Part shown: piece after piece, positions 38,771-47,130 of the stretch
Layout of the letters: the number at the start of each line of letters is the position of its first letter
Position numbering within the stretch: position 1 is the stretch's first letter
From: a virus
Taxonomy: Duplodnaviria > Caudoviricetes
IMG/VR virus record: IMGVR_UViG_2522125155_000001
Location: 1 to 64,000 of that record
Reading direction: 5' to 3' (one strand)
DNA: 64,000 bases
The notes under the pieces: model-generated
Told to the model about the DNA's origin: nothing
Databases searched by the model: none
The model's input: the letters and a program-made list of their open reading frames with translations, nothing else
Program-made: the position numbers and the translations under genes

Positions 38771-39004
38771 CCTCCAGATGACGCAGCAGGAGCCCCGGAC
38801 TGGGAGGCAACGCCTTCAACCAAGTACCGGGGCTCCTGCGCGGGACGTTCTCGCCGGTGCGGGGACCAACCGCTGCCACGGGGACCAGACCGTGTCCGGG
38901 AAGAACGTGAGCACCAACCCGGCCGGAAAGGGACAACCGGTTGTGCAGCATCAGATTACACGAATCGTTACCGAAACGCTACACAGAATGGACCAGTGAC
39001 ACCC

Positions 39005-39451
39005 ATGTCCGATCTCGGCACCCGCCGAACCCCCTACTCGATCCCCGACAACACCGAGCCCTTCCCCGAGGACCGGATGTCGTGGGCCATCGAGCAGATC
39101 CCTCATCTCTCGCCGCAGGAGTTCGTCGTCCTGCTTCATCTCTCCCGCCACTCGTGGGGCCGTTACACCAAGCAGGGTGATGACCTCATCGGCTTCGTGC
39201 GCTCCGAGTGGTCCAGCGTCCGCCGCACGGCCGAGCAGATGAGCAAGTCCCGCTCGTCGATCCAGCGCGCCATGGCGGGGCTGCGCGAGAAGGGGTACAT
39301 CACCATCTCGCCGACGACCACCTCGCGCGGGAGCGGCCCCAGCGACATCAAGATCTGGTGGTTCGAGAGCGACGACATCATGCGCGAGGAAGTCCGCAAC
39401 GACCCCGCAGCCCTGCCGGAGATCTTCCGCTCCGGTGAGCCCTCCGAGTAG
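39005..39451 (+). CDS. Winged-HTH replication initiator-like protein
   Basis: LSPQEFVVLLHL...SVRRTAEQMSKSRSSIQRAMAGLREKGYI (HTH_36-like); start may be 38996. Confidence 0.75.
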   Translation: MSDLGTRRTPYSIPDNTEPFPEDRMSWAIEQIPHLSPQEFVVLLHLSRHSWGRYTKQGDDLIGFVRSEWSSVRRTAEQMSKSRSSIQRAMAGLREKGYITISPTTTSRGSGPSDIKIWWFESDDIMREEVRNDPAALPEIFRSGEPSE

Positions 39452-39455
39452 TCGG

Positions 39456-39571
39456 GGGTGTCCCACCAGTGGGTCACATGGGTGTCCCACTGGTGGGTCG
39501 GGGGTGTCCCATTCGTGGGTCACTCTTATAAGGAAGAGCACTGGCTTTTAGAGCACTGGCAGAGCGCTGGC
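39456..39571. repeat. Iteron-like repeats, candidate replication origin
   Basis: 3x GGGTGTCCCA-N3-GTGGGTC, then CTTATAAG, then 3x AGAGCRCTGGC. Confidence 0.7.
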
Positions 39572-39602
39572 GGCAGCCGCTGCCGGAGAAGGAAGGACAA
39601 CC

Positions 39603-40328
39603 ATGACCCGCTACGCGGACAACGACCCCCGAGCGCTCCTCGGTGATGAGCCCTCGGGCGACCGGTACGGCTCGAAGAAGCCGCCTGCGGCCCCTCGTGG
39701 CAAGCCCCGCTCCACCGGCGGCACCGGAAGCACCCGCCAGACGCGCGCCACGGCCCGCAGGAGCGACGAGGAGACCGTCCGGCAGGTTCGGGACGGCAAG
39801 CCTCAGAACAAGGCCTCCAGCGGCCTCTACGACACCCTCGCCGAGCAGTTCCTCTCGCAGGACTGGATCGCCACGCACCGAGGCAACACCGCGACGGTCC
39901 CGACCATCGAGGTGGGCGACACCGGCCGACCACTCATCGCCAAGATCCTCCGCGACAAGGTCGCCTCGGAGAAGCGCTTCGAGGGTCGCGACGACGAGAA
40001 GATCGCCGAGGTCGTGGAGTACGCGATGAAGCACTTCTTCGACCGGCTCGACAACGACCTTCGCCGGGGGCGGCTTGTCAACCAGTTCGTCAGTTCCGAT
40101 TGGTGGGATACGCTTATCCCTGAAGCCATCGACCACTGGCACGCCGTCCGCATCCCGCCCGAGGTGTTCGAGCGCGGACGACAGGAGGCCGAGGCCTTCT
40201 ACGCGGCGTGGCCCACGCGTGACGCCCGCCCAGCACGACCGACCAACCCGCGTGAGGCTGCCGAGCGCTTCGAGCAGATCCTCGCCGCCAACCGACCGAA
40301 CTACGACGATTGCGAGCCGCTTACGTGA
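39603..40328 (+). CDS. Hypothetical replication-associated protein
   Basis: AAGGA RBS; lies between origin candidate and helicase. Confidence 0.7.
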   Translation: MTRYADNDPRALLGDEPSGDRYGSKKPPAAPRGKPRSTGGTGSTRQTRATARRSDEETVRQVRDGKPQNKASSGLYDTLAEQFLSQDWIATHRGNTATVPTIEVGDTGRPLIAKILRDKVASEKRFEGRDDEKIAEVVEYAMKHFFDRLDNDLRRGRLVNQFVSSDWWDTLIPEAIDHWHAVRIPPEVFERGRQEAEAFYAAWPTRDARPARPTNPREAAERFEQILAANRPNYDDCEPLT

Positions 40329-41557
40329 GTGCCAACGGCAGGTACCTCCTCTCGAAGGTCGTTGAGACCCAGCGCCTTCAACCCCTGCTCGCTGCGGGCA
40401 TCGGCCCCCAGCACTTCCCCGTGGAGATCGACCGCGAGGTCTTCGAGACCCTCCACGACAGTCATACGCGGCACGGGTCGCTCCTGAGCGTGAAGACGCT
40501 GAAGATGGACTTCCCGGAGTACAAGTTCATCAAGGTCCCCGACGACATCGAGATCCTCGTCGAGCGCGTCCAGCGGGACTACCTCGGCTCGATGCTCTCG
40601 CTGACGATCAACGCGGCAGCCGAGTCGTGGGACGGCGGGGACTTCGACGCCGCGCGCCTGTCCATGGAGATCGGCCTGAAGCAGATGCAGGCCAACAAGA
40701 CCAACGGCCTGCGCACCCTCGACATCCGGTCCCTCGCCGAGAAGTGGGAGAACGACCGACTCAACACCGAGAAGGGCATCCCGTTCGGCATCAAGGAGAT
40801 CGACGACGAGACCGGTGGCGTCTTCTCCGACCAGTTCGTCGTCGTCATCGGCCCTCCCGGCTCGGGTAAGTCCGCCCACCTGCTGTCGTACGCCGACGCC
40901 GCTGCCAAGGCGGGCCACCGCGCGCTCTTCATCACCATCGAGATGAGCGACGAGCACCAGATGGCCCGCCTCGCGGCCAAGCACTCGGGCGTGCCCTACA
41001 AGACCATCCGTCGTGGCACCCCCGACCAGCGCCAGAAGCAGAAGATCGCCGCCGCGCTGGAGAAGATCGCCGACGGGGAGCGCCTGATCATTCAGGAGGT
41101 GCCCGCCGAACTGGCGTCGATGGAGACGGTCAACGACCTCGTCGCGAAGTTCGCCCCGGACGCGATCTACATCGACGGTGCCTACCTGATGCAACTGCCC
41201 AACGTCCGCGCGAACGCGGCCCAGTGGGAGAAACTCAGCGAACTCACGCGCTCGATGAAGAACCTCATCCTGAAGCATCATCGCCCGATCTTCATCAGCA
41301 CGCAGGTGCTGCTCTCGAAGATGGTCGGCGGCGAGGTGACGCAGGGCAGCGTCGGCTACTCGTCCTCGTTCCTGCAGGACGCCGACATCATGATCGGTGT
41401 TCAACCCGACGGGGAACTCCCGGACCGCCAGATGGTCAAGGTGCTGAAGTTCCGAGACGGCAACAAGCCGAACGTCCACGTCCAGTGGGACTGGCAGACG
41501 TACAACATGACGTCGGCTGCAGAGGCCTCGGGCGATCAACCGCAGGCGCAGTTCTGA
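40325..41557 (+). CDS. DnaB-like replicative helicase
   Basis: GPPGSGKS, FITIEMS, IYIDGAYL, QDAD, KFRDG. Confidence 0.9.
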   Translation: MSANGRYLLSKVVETQRLQPLLAAGIGPQHFPVEIDREVFETLHDSHTRHGSLLSVKTLKMDFPEYKFIKVPDDIEILVERVQRDYLGSMLSLTINAAAESWDGGDFDAARLSMEIGLKQMQANKTNGLRTLDIRSLAEKWENDRLNTEKGIPFGIKEIDDETGGVFSDQFVVVIGPPGSGKSAHLLSYADAAAKAGHRALFITIEMSDEHQMARLAAKHSGVPYKTIRRGTPDQRQKQKIAAALEKIADGERLIIQEVPAELASMETVNDLVAKFAPDAIYIDGAYLMQLPNVRANAAQWEKLSELTRSMKNLILKHHRPIFISTQVLLSKMVGGEVTQGSVGYSSSFLQDADIMIGVQPDGELPDRQMVKVLKFRDGNKPNVHVQWDWQTYNMTSAAEASGDQPQAQF

Positions 41558-42006
41558 TGCAGGGCGGCGACATCTCCAACGAGGTCACGGCCCGGTTCCT
41601 CCTCGTCTTCGAGGGGCTCATCGGGATCCTGCCGGACAAGCGCGCGGAGGCGAAGTTCTCTCGCAGCGTCCGCTTCAAGCGCTGGGAGGCAGCGGTCGGC
41701 CAGTTCCACCTCAACGAGATGGCCTCGAAGGTGGTCTGGGACACGGTCTGGCGGCGCAACTACTCGGTCGACGTCGTCACCTTCCTCGGCGACGACATGG
41801 TCGACCACGTCCGCAACCGGATCGAGCACTGGGGCCTGCCCGTCGGCAAGGTCTGGACCGAGGACAAGTACCTGCTCGCCCGCACCCTCAACTACCGGCC
41901 CGACGTCATCGGCGTCTACCACACCAACCCGGCCGACTTCGCTGTCTTCGGCAGCAAGGGACGGGTCGTCGACCCCGCCATGCCCACACTCATCGGAGGC
42001 TACTGA
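41557..42006 (+). CDS. Hypothetical protein
   Basis: TGATG coupling; MQGGDISN... Confidence 0.75.
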   Translation: MQGGDISNEVTARFLLVFEGLIGILPDKRAEAKFSRSVRFKRWEAAVGQFHLNEMASKVVWDTVWRRNYSVDVVTFLGDDMVDHVRNRIEHWGLPVGKVWTEDKYLLARTLNYRPDVIGVYHTNPADFAVFGSKGRVVDPAMPTLIGGY

Positions 42007-43061
42007 TGCGCCGCGCGAAGCACCGCACCCGACCGGCAGCGACCGGCTGGGAGGCCATGTCGCTCATGGTCTCCAACCCCATCCCCGGGGACATCCCGGC
42101 GTGCCTCGACGAGTTGGGCGTCGACTTCCGGCTCGTGCTCGAAGAGGCCCACATGAAGTGCCCCGCGCACTTCCGTCGGCTGGGCAAGGAGGACCGCCAC
42201 CCCTCCTTCTCGGTCAACATCGAGGACGGCCTCTACAACTGCTTCTCGTGTGGCTTCACAGGCAAGTTCTGGGAACTGGTCAAGGAACTGACCGACATGA
42301 CCCAAGAGCAGGCCGTGGCGTGGTGCCAGAAGCGCGGGGGAGTGGAGCGCGCGAAGCGCATCGTCAGCGAGGAGGGCGGTCTGAGGTTCGGGGCTGTCGA
42401 CACCACCACGGTGATCAACGAGGCCAGCCTCGCGCTCTACGTCGAGGTCCCCGAGAAGGCCTGCGCCACCCGCAACATCGCCCCCGACTCCGCCGACCAC
42501 TACGGCGTGCTCTGGGACAAGGACGAGGAGCGCTGGATCGTACCCATCCGCGACCCCAACACCGGCAAGTTGTGGGGCTGGCAGGAGAAGAACGCCCGGT
42601 ACTTCCGGAACAAGCCCTTCAACGTCCGCAAGCAGGACACCCTCTTCGGCATCCACCAGATCGACCCGGAGGAGCGCACCGTAATCGTCGTCGAGTCTCC
42701 GCTCGACGTGCCCCGAGGTCATACGGCTGGCTACGACAACTTCGTGGCCACCTTCGGCGCGGAGATCACCAACGAGCAGTTGGCGTTCCTCTTCGAGCGC
42801 TTCGACATCATCATCTGGGCCCTCGACAACGACCGCGCCGGAGCGAAGGCGCTGAAGGCCATCCTCACGCTCTACAAGGGCTACCCGAACATCCAGCGCG
42901 TCTTCAAATACGCCGTGCCGTGGGACCGCGCCCTCGACGACGCGAAGAAGGACCAGCCCGAGGGCTACGTCAAGGACATCGGCGACATGACCGACGGCGA
43001 GATCCACACCGGCGTCACCGGTGCCGTCTCCGCGCTCACCTACGGGAGGACCTTCAAGTGA
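42006..43061 (+). CDS. DNA primase (CHC2 Zn finger plus TOPRIM)
   Basis: CPAH...CFSC; VVESPLD; ALDNDRAG. Confidence 0.9.
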   Translation: MRRAKHRTRPAATGWEAMSLMVSNPIPGDIPACLDELGVDFRLVLEEAHMKCPAHFRRLGKEDRHPSFSVNIEDGLYNCFSCGFTGKFWELVKELTDMTQEQAVAWCQKRGGVERAKRIVSEEGGLRFGAVDTTTVINEASLALYVEVPEKACATRNIAPDSADHYGVLWDKDEERWIVPIRDPNTGKLWGWQEKNARYFRNKPFNVRKQDTLFGIHQIDPEERTVIVVESPLDVPRGHTAGYDNFVATFGAEITNEQLAFLFERFDIIIWALDNDRAGAKALKAILTLYKGYPNIQRVFKYAVPWDRALDDAKKDQPEGYVKDIGDMTDGEIHTGVTGAVSALTYGRTFK

Positions 43062-44716
43062 TGCTCACCGGGCTGCGGCCCTATCAGGAGGAGGCCGTCG
43101 ACATGGCCACCGAGCGCGGCTCCGCGCTCATCGCCTACGAGATGGGGCTCGGCAAGACCATCTGCGCCCTCGCGATCTGCGAGGAGATCATGGGCCGCGA
43201 CAGCGAGACCGTCGCCGCCATCGTCGTGCCCGCCAACCTGAAGTGGCAGTGGGCGCAGGAGATCGCCAAGCACACCGACGTCGACACCACGACGAAGAAG
43301 ATCCGGCTCAACGGGGAGTCCCACGACATCACCATCCCCAAGGAGCACCACGGCCTCGTCATCGACGGCGACCGGGAGAAGCGCCGCAAGCAACTGCGCT
43401 ACGCCATGGAGCAGCGCCCGCCGTACGTCATCCTCGGCTACGAGAACGTCGTCAACGACTGGCGGCTCGTGTCCCGGCTGCGCCCCGACGTCATCGTGCT
43501 CGACGAGGCCACGGCCATCAAGACGTTCAAGGCCAACCGCACCAAGCAGATCAAGCGGTGGACCGCCGACGTGCGCGTCGCGCTGACCGGCTCGCCCATC
43601 GAGAACGGCAAGCCGGAGGAGATCTTCTCGATCATGGAGTGGGTCGACGCCAAGGTGCTCGGCCGCTACGACCTGTTCGACAAGGCCTTCATCACCCGCA
43701 ACTCCTACGGCGCGGTCGTGCGCTACAAGAACATGCCGGTGCTCAACCGCAAACTGCAGGGCGTCATGTCCCGCAAGCGCCGCACCGACCCCGACGTCGC
43801 GCCCTACCTGCCGGAGGTCACCGAGACGACCGAGTGGGTGGCCATCGACAAGCCCACCCGGGACGCCTACAAGGTCATCGGGCAGGACCTGCTGGAGGCC
43901 CTCGCCAAGGCAGCGGAGAAGACGGTCAACGACTTCGACCTCTTCAACCACTACCACGGTGGCGGGGACTCCGGCGGCACCAAGGAGGCGGGCGACATCA
44001 TGGCGCGGATGCTCGCGACCGAGATGCTGCTGAATCATCCCGACCTCGTGCGCCAGTCCGCGCGCGAGTACTTGGAGAGCGTCCGTCGCCGGAAGGAGGG
44101 GGAGGAGCGCGCCACGTGGCCCGGGTCGAAGTACGCGGCCCAGATCGTCCGCAACGGAGCGCTCGACGCCGTCAAGAGCAGCCCCAAGATGGATCACCTC
44201 ATCACCCGCATCGGAGAGATCACCGAGGGCAACCCCGCCAGCAAGATCATCGTCTTCTCGTTCCACCGCCGGGCCTGCGCGATCATCGAGCAGCGGCTCG
44301 CCGAGGTCGGCATCGGCTCGGTCTCCTACCACGGCGAGATGTCCGCCAGCCAGAAGGTCGGCGCGGTGGCCAAGTTCCGCAACGAGGAGCAGACCCGCGT
44401 CATCATCTGCTCCCACGCGGCAGCCTTCGGCACCGACCTGAACATGGCCGACTACCTGATCAACTTCGACCTGCCGTGGTCGGCTGGGACGATGGACCAG
44501 ATCAACGCCCGCCACGTCCGCGCGTCCTCGAAGTTCAAGAGCGTCTACATCATCAACATGCTCTGCGAGAACACCATCGAGGCCCGCAAGCCCGAGGTGC
44601 TGGCCCACAAGCGCCGCACCGCCTCGGCCGTGGTCGACGGCAAGGGAGCAGACGGACGGGGCCGCGTCGAGAACAGCGTGGCGACCCTAACCGAGTTCCT
44701 GAAGCGCACCCTATGA
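43061..44716 (+). CDS. SNF2-family helicase
   Basis: EMGLGKT, VLDEAT, LTGSPIEN, INFDLPW. Confidence 0.9.
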   Translation: MLTGLRPYQEEAVDMATERGSALIAYEMGLGKTICALAICEEIMGRDSETVAAIVVPANLKWQWAQEIAKHTDVDTTTKKIRLNGESHDITIPKEHHGLVIDGDREKRRKQLRYAMEQRPPYVILGYENVVNDWRLVSRLRPDVIVLDEATAIKTFKANRTKQIKRWTADVRVALTGSPIENGKPEEIFSIMEWVDAKVLGRYDLFDKAFITRNSYGAVVRYKNMPVLNRKLQGVMSRKRRTDPDVAPYLPEVTETTEWVAIDKPTRDAYKVIGQDLLEALAKAAEKTVNDFDLFNHYHGGGDSGGTKEAGDIMARMLATEMLLNHPDLVRQSAREYLESVRRRKEGEERATWPGSKYAAQIVRNGALDAVKSSPKMDHLITRIGEITEGNPASKIIVFSFHRRACAIIEQRLAEVGIGSVSYHGEMSASQKVGAVAKFRNEEQTRVIICSHAAAFGTDLNMADYLINFDLPWSAGTMDQINARHVRASSKFKSVYIINMLCENTIEARKPEVLAHKRRTASAVVDGKGADGRGRVENSVATLTEFLKRTL

Positions 44717-44717
44717 C

Positions 44718-44826
44718 GTCAATCGGAACGCGCTGCCCGGTTGACTCATAGTTACTCCTCCGGTACCTTTGTCTCGTGGCCGCATCACTGCGGCGACTGA
44801 CAATCGAACCGACCACACCGATTGAC
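44718..44826 (+). promoter_or_regulatory. Promoter region with two dyad motifs
   Basis: Dyads at 44718-44745 and 44799-44826; TTGACT-16nt-TACCTT. Confidence 0.7.
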
Positions 44827-44839
44827 GAAAGGTGAGCCT

Positions 44840-45286
44840 ATGCCGCGTGTTGTCCAGCGCCGATCCGGACTGAGCCAGTTCGAGCGCAAGGCCCTGCAGT
44901 TCCTCGCGCTGCGCGACGAGGAGAAGCAGATCAAGATCCGCAAGGAGGCCCTGCAGAAGGTCCTTCAACCTCAGGTCGCCAAGGACGGTGACCTCGACGA
45001 CATCGGCGGTCATCGCGCGCTGACGTTCCGCGAGCCCATCGAGATGGGCGGCAAGACCTACACCGGTCTGAAGCAGGAGCGTCGCGTCAGCAAGGTCTTC
45101 GACGAGGAGAAGGCCGAGGAGATCCTGAAGGCCAAGGGCCTCTGGGAAGACGCCATCGAGACCATCGAGGTCATCGACCAAGACAAGGTCTACGCCCTCC
45201 ACATGGACGACAAGATCACCGAGGCCGAGATGGACCTGATCCTCGCGGACAAGGAGACGTTCGCGTTCGTGACGGTGGCCGCGTGA
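44840..45286 (+). CDS. Hypothetical protein
   Basis: GAAAGG RBS, charged coiled coil. Confidence 0.8.
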   Translation: MPRVVQRRSGLSQFERKALQFLALRDEEKQIKIRKEALQKVLQPQVAKDGDLDDIGGHRALTFREPIEMGGKTYTGLKQERRVSKVFDEEKAEEILKAKGLWEDAIETIEVIDQDKVYALHMDDKITEAEMDLILADKETFAFVTVAA

Positions 45287-45738
45287 GCACCCAGATGGTC
45301 GACGCTGCCTTCGAGCAGTTGGGGTTCTACCCCGGGTCGAGCCGCCCGATCATCCGGCACCCGAACCGGCACGTCGAGGACCGCCCCCGTCGCCACCAGT
45401 ACGCCATCGACGACTCGTGGGACGAGAAGCCCCGCAAGTACGTGACCAACGGCGTCGAGACCGAGTTCTTCACCGTCGGCCAGTTGGCCCGGGCCCTCGG
45501 TCGTGAGGCGGTCACCATCCGCAAGTGGGAGCGCGAGGGCACGATCCCCGTCGCGATCTTCCAAGTCCCCGGCAAGGAGGGGGACGCCCGAGGCCGACGC
45601 CGCCTCTACACGAGGGCTCAGGTCGAGGGGATCGTCCGCATCGCCCACGAGGAGGGCGTGCTCCACGAGCGCCGCCGCTCCTTCGCCACCACGGAGTTCA
45701 AGGCACGCGTCCTCGAACTCTTCAAGAAGACCACCTGA
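45283..45738 (+). CDS. MerR-like HTH DNA-binding protein
   Basis: FTVGQLARALGREAVTIRKWEREGTIP...RRLYTRAQV. Confidence 0.85.
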   Translation: MSTQMVDAAFEQLGFYPGSSRPIIRHPNRHVEDRPRRHQYAIDDSWDEKPRKYVTNGVETEFFTVGQLARALGREAVTIRKWEREGTIPVAIFQVPGKEGDARGRRRLYTRAQVEGIVRIAHEEGVLHERRRSFATTEFKARVLELFKKTT

Positions 45739-45751
45739 CAAGGAGATCCAC

Positions 45752-45961
45752 ATGTTCAACCCCACCCAGAGCGCTCAGGACAAGTTGCTCAGCGAGCAGG
45801 CGTCCGCCGAGATGTTCGGCCGCAACGTCGCCGCCCTCGTCGAGAAGGGCTCGGACCTGAGCAGCGTGCTCGTCACCGTCGCGGAGTACGTCGCCGAGGC
45901 CGACGAGCCGACCATCGGAGAGGCGAACCGCTACCTCTACCGCTGGCTTCGCGGCGAGTGA
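45752..45961 (+). CDS. Hypothetical protein
   Basis: AAGGAG RBS. Confidence 0.7.
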   Translation: MFNPTQSAQDKLLSEQASAEMFGRNVAALVEKGSDLSSVLVTVAEYVAEADEPTIGEANRYLYRWLRGE

Positions 45962-46209
45962 GCATCCGCGTCACCCGAGCCCGCAAGGTCGTCGTCAACC
46001 CGGTCATCAACGGCTACGAGTCCATCGAGATGTTCGCGTCAGTCGCGGACGAGTTCGACGTTCTGCCGAAGGACCTCGACGAGTGGGCGCAGGGCTATGA
46101 CGGCCTGATCGACCGGCTGCTACAGGGCGAGATGGACGCCGCCGCAGCCGTGACCAGCAACGAGCACTCCATCGTGCACGACTACCGATTCACCGAGAAA
46201 GAGGACTGA
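45958..46209 (+). CDS. Hypothetical protein
   Basis: GTGA coupling. Confidence 0.7.
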   Translation: MSIRVTRARKVVVNPVINGYESIEMFASVADEFDVLPKDLDEWAQGYDGLIDRLLQGEMDAAAAVTSNEHSIVHDYRFTEKED

Positions 46210-47046
46210 ATGCCCCGCACCGTACGCCGTACCACCCGCTCGCGCGACGAGATCGACGAGCAGGACGAGGACCGCCCCACCCGTCGCGGCAGTCATCGCG
46301 AGGAGCGACCCGCCCGCCGTGGCCGCTCCCGTGACGAGGACACCGACAACGGCTTCGACGACGATGACGACGACGAGCCCGAGGAGAAGCCCCGCGCCCG
46401 TCGCGCCAGCCGCGTCAAGGACGAGCCGAAGCGCAAGTCCGGCCGTGCCGCCGCATCCGGCTGGGGAGCCGCCGAGGAGGTCCGCGAGGCCATCCCGTCG
46501 ACCGGCAACTTCGCCGAGGACCTGAAGTTGCCCGAGAAGGGCAAGATCATCATCAAGTTCGTCGAGGACGAGCCGTTCGACTCCTACGCGGAGCACTGGG
46601 TCCCGCAGAAGGGCAAGCAGTCCTTCACCTGCGCCGGTGAGGACTGCCCGCTCTGCGAGGTCGGCAACCGCCCGAACGCCAAGATCTGCTTCAACGTGAT
46701 CTCGCTCGCGGACCCGGCCAAGCCGGAACTGAAGCGCTGGCGCACCGGCGTCCAGATCGCCGAGACCATCAAGGAGTTCACGGTCAAGGGCGAGAAGACC
46801 GCCCCGCTGAGCCGCGAGGACTACTACTACGAGGTCAAGCGCGCGAAGACGGCCAACGACAAGACGGTCACGACGGTCACGCCGATCAAGGCCCGCGACC
46901 TCGACAGCGACTACGACATCGAGCCGCTGACGGACGACGACATCGACGAGGCCATCGAGAAGGCCGGTGGCCTCTACGACTGGGAGTCCACCGAGGACAC
47001 CCCCATGTCGGTGCTGGAGCAGCAGGCCGACAAGGCCGCTGCCTGA
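46210..47046 (+). CDS. gp32-like single-stranded DNA-binding protein
   Basis: EHW...C...CPLC Zn motif, acidic C-terminal region, adjacent to polymerase. Confidence 0.75.
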   Translation: MPRTVRRTTRSRDEIDEQDEDRPTRRGSHREERPARRGRSRDEDTDNGFDDDDDDEPEEKPRARRASRVKDEPKRKSGRAAASGWGAAEEVREAIPSTGNFAEDLKLPEKGKIIIKFVEDEPFDSYAEHWVPQKGKQSFTCAGEDCPLCEVGNRPNAKICFNVISLADPAKPELKRWRTGVQIAETIKEFTVKGEKTAPLSREDYYYEVKRAKTANDKTVTTVTPIKARDLDSDYDIEPLTDDDIDEAIEKAGGLYDWESTEDTPMSVLEQQADKAAA

Positions 47047-47064
47047 CGGCAGCCCGCAACACCC

Positions 47065-47104
47065 GCCGACGCCCCATCTCTCAGCCGAGGGGTGGGGCGT
47101 CGGC
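47065..47104 (+). terminator. Long hairpin between SSB and polymerase
   Basis: GCCGACGCCCCATCTCTC / GAGGGGTGGGGCGTCGGC. Confidence 0.65.
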
Positions 47105-47130
47105 ATCCTCGGACCACGAAAGGACCACGC

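Noticed and set aside
39456-39571. Repeats as a mini CRISPR array linked to the Cas4-like gene
   Set aside because: Units are nearly contiguous with no spacers; there is no cas1/cas2, and solo Cas4-like nucleases are common in phages
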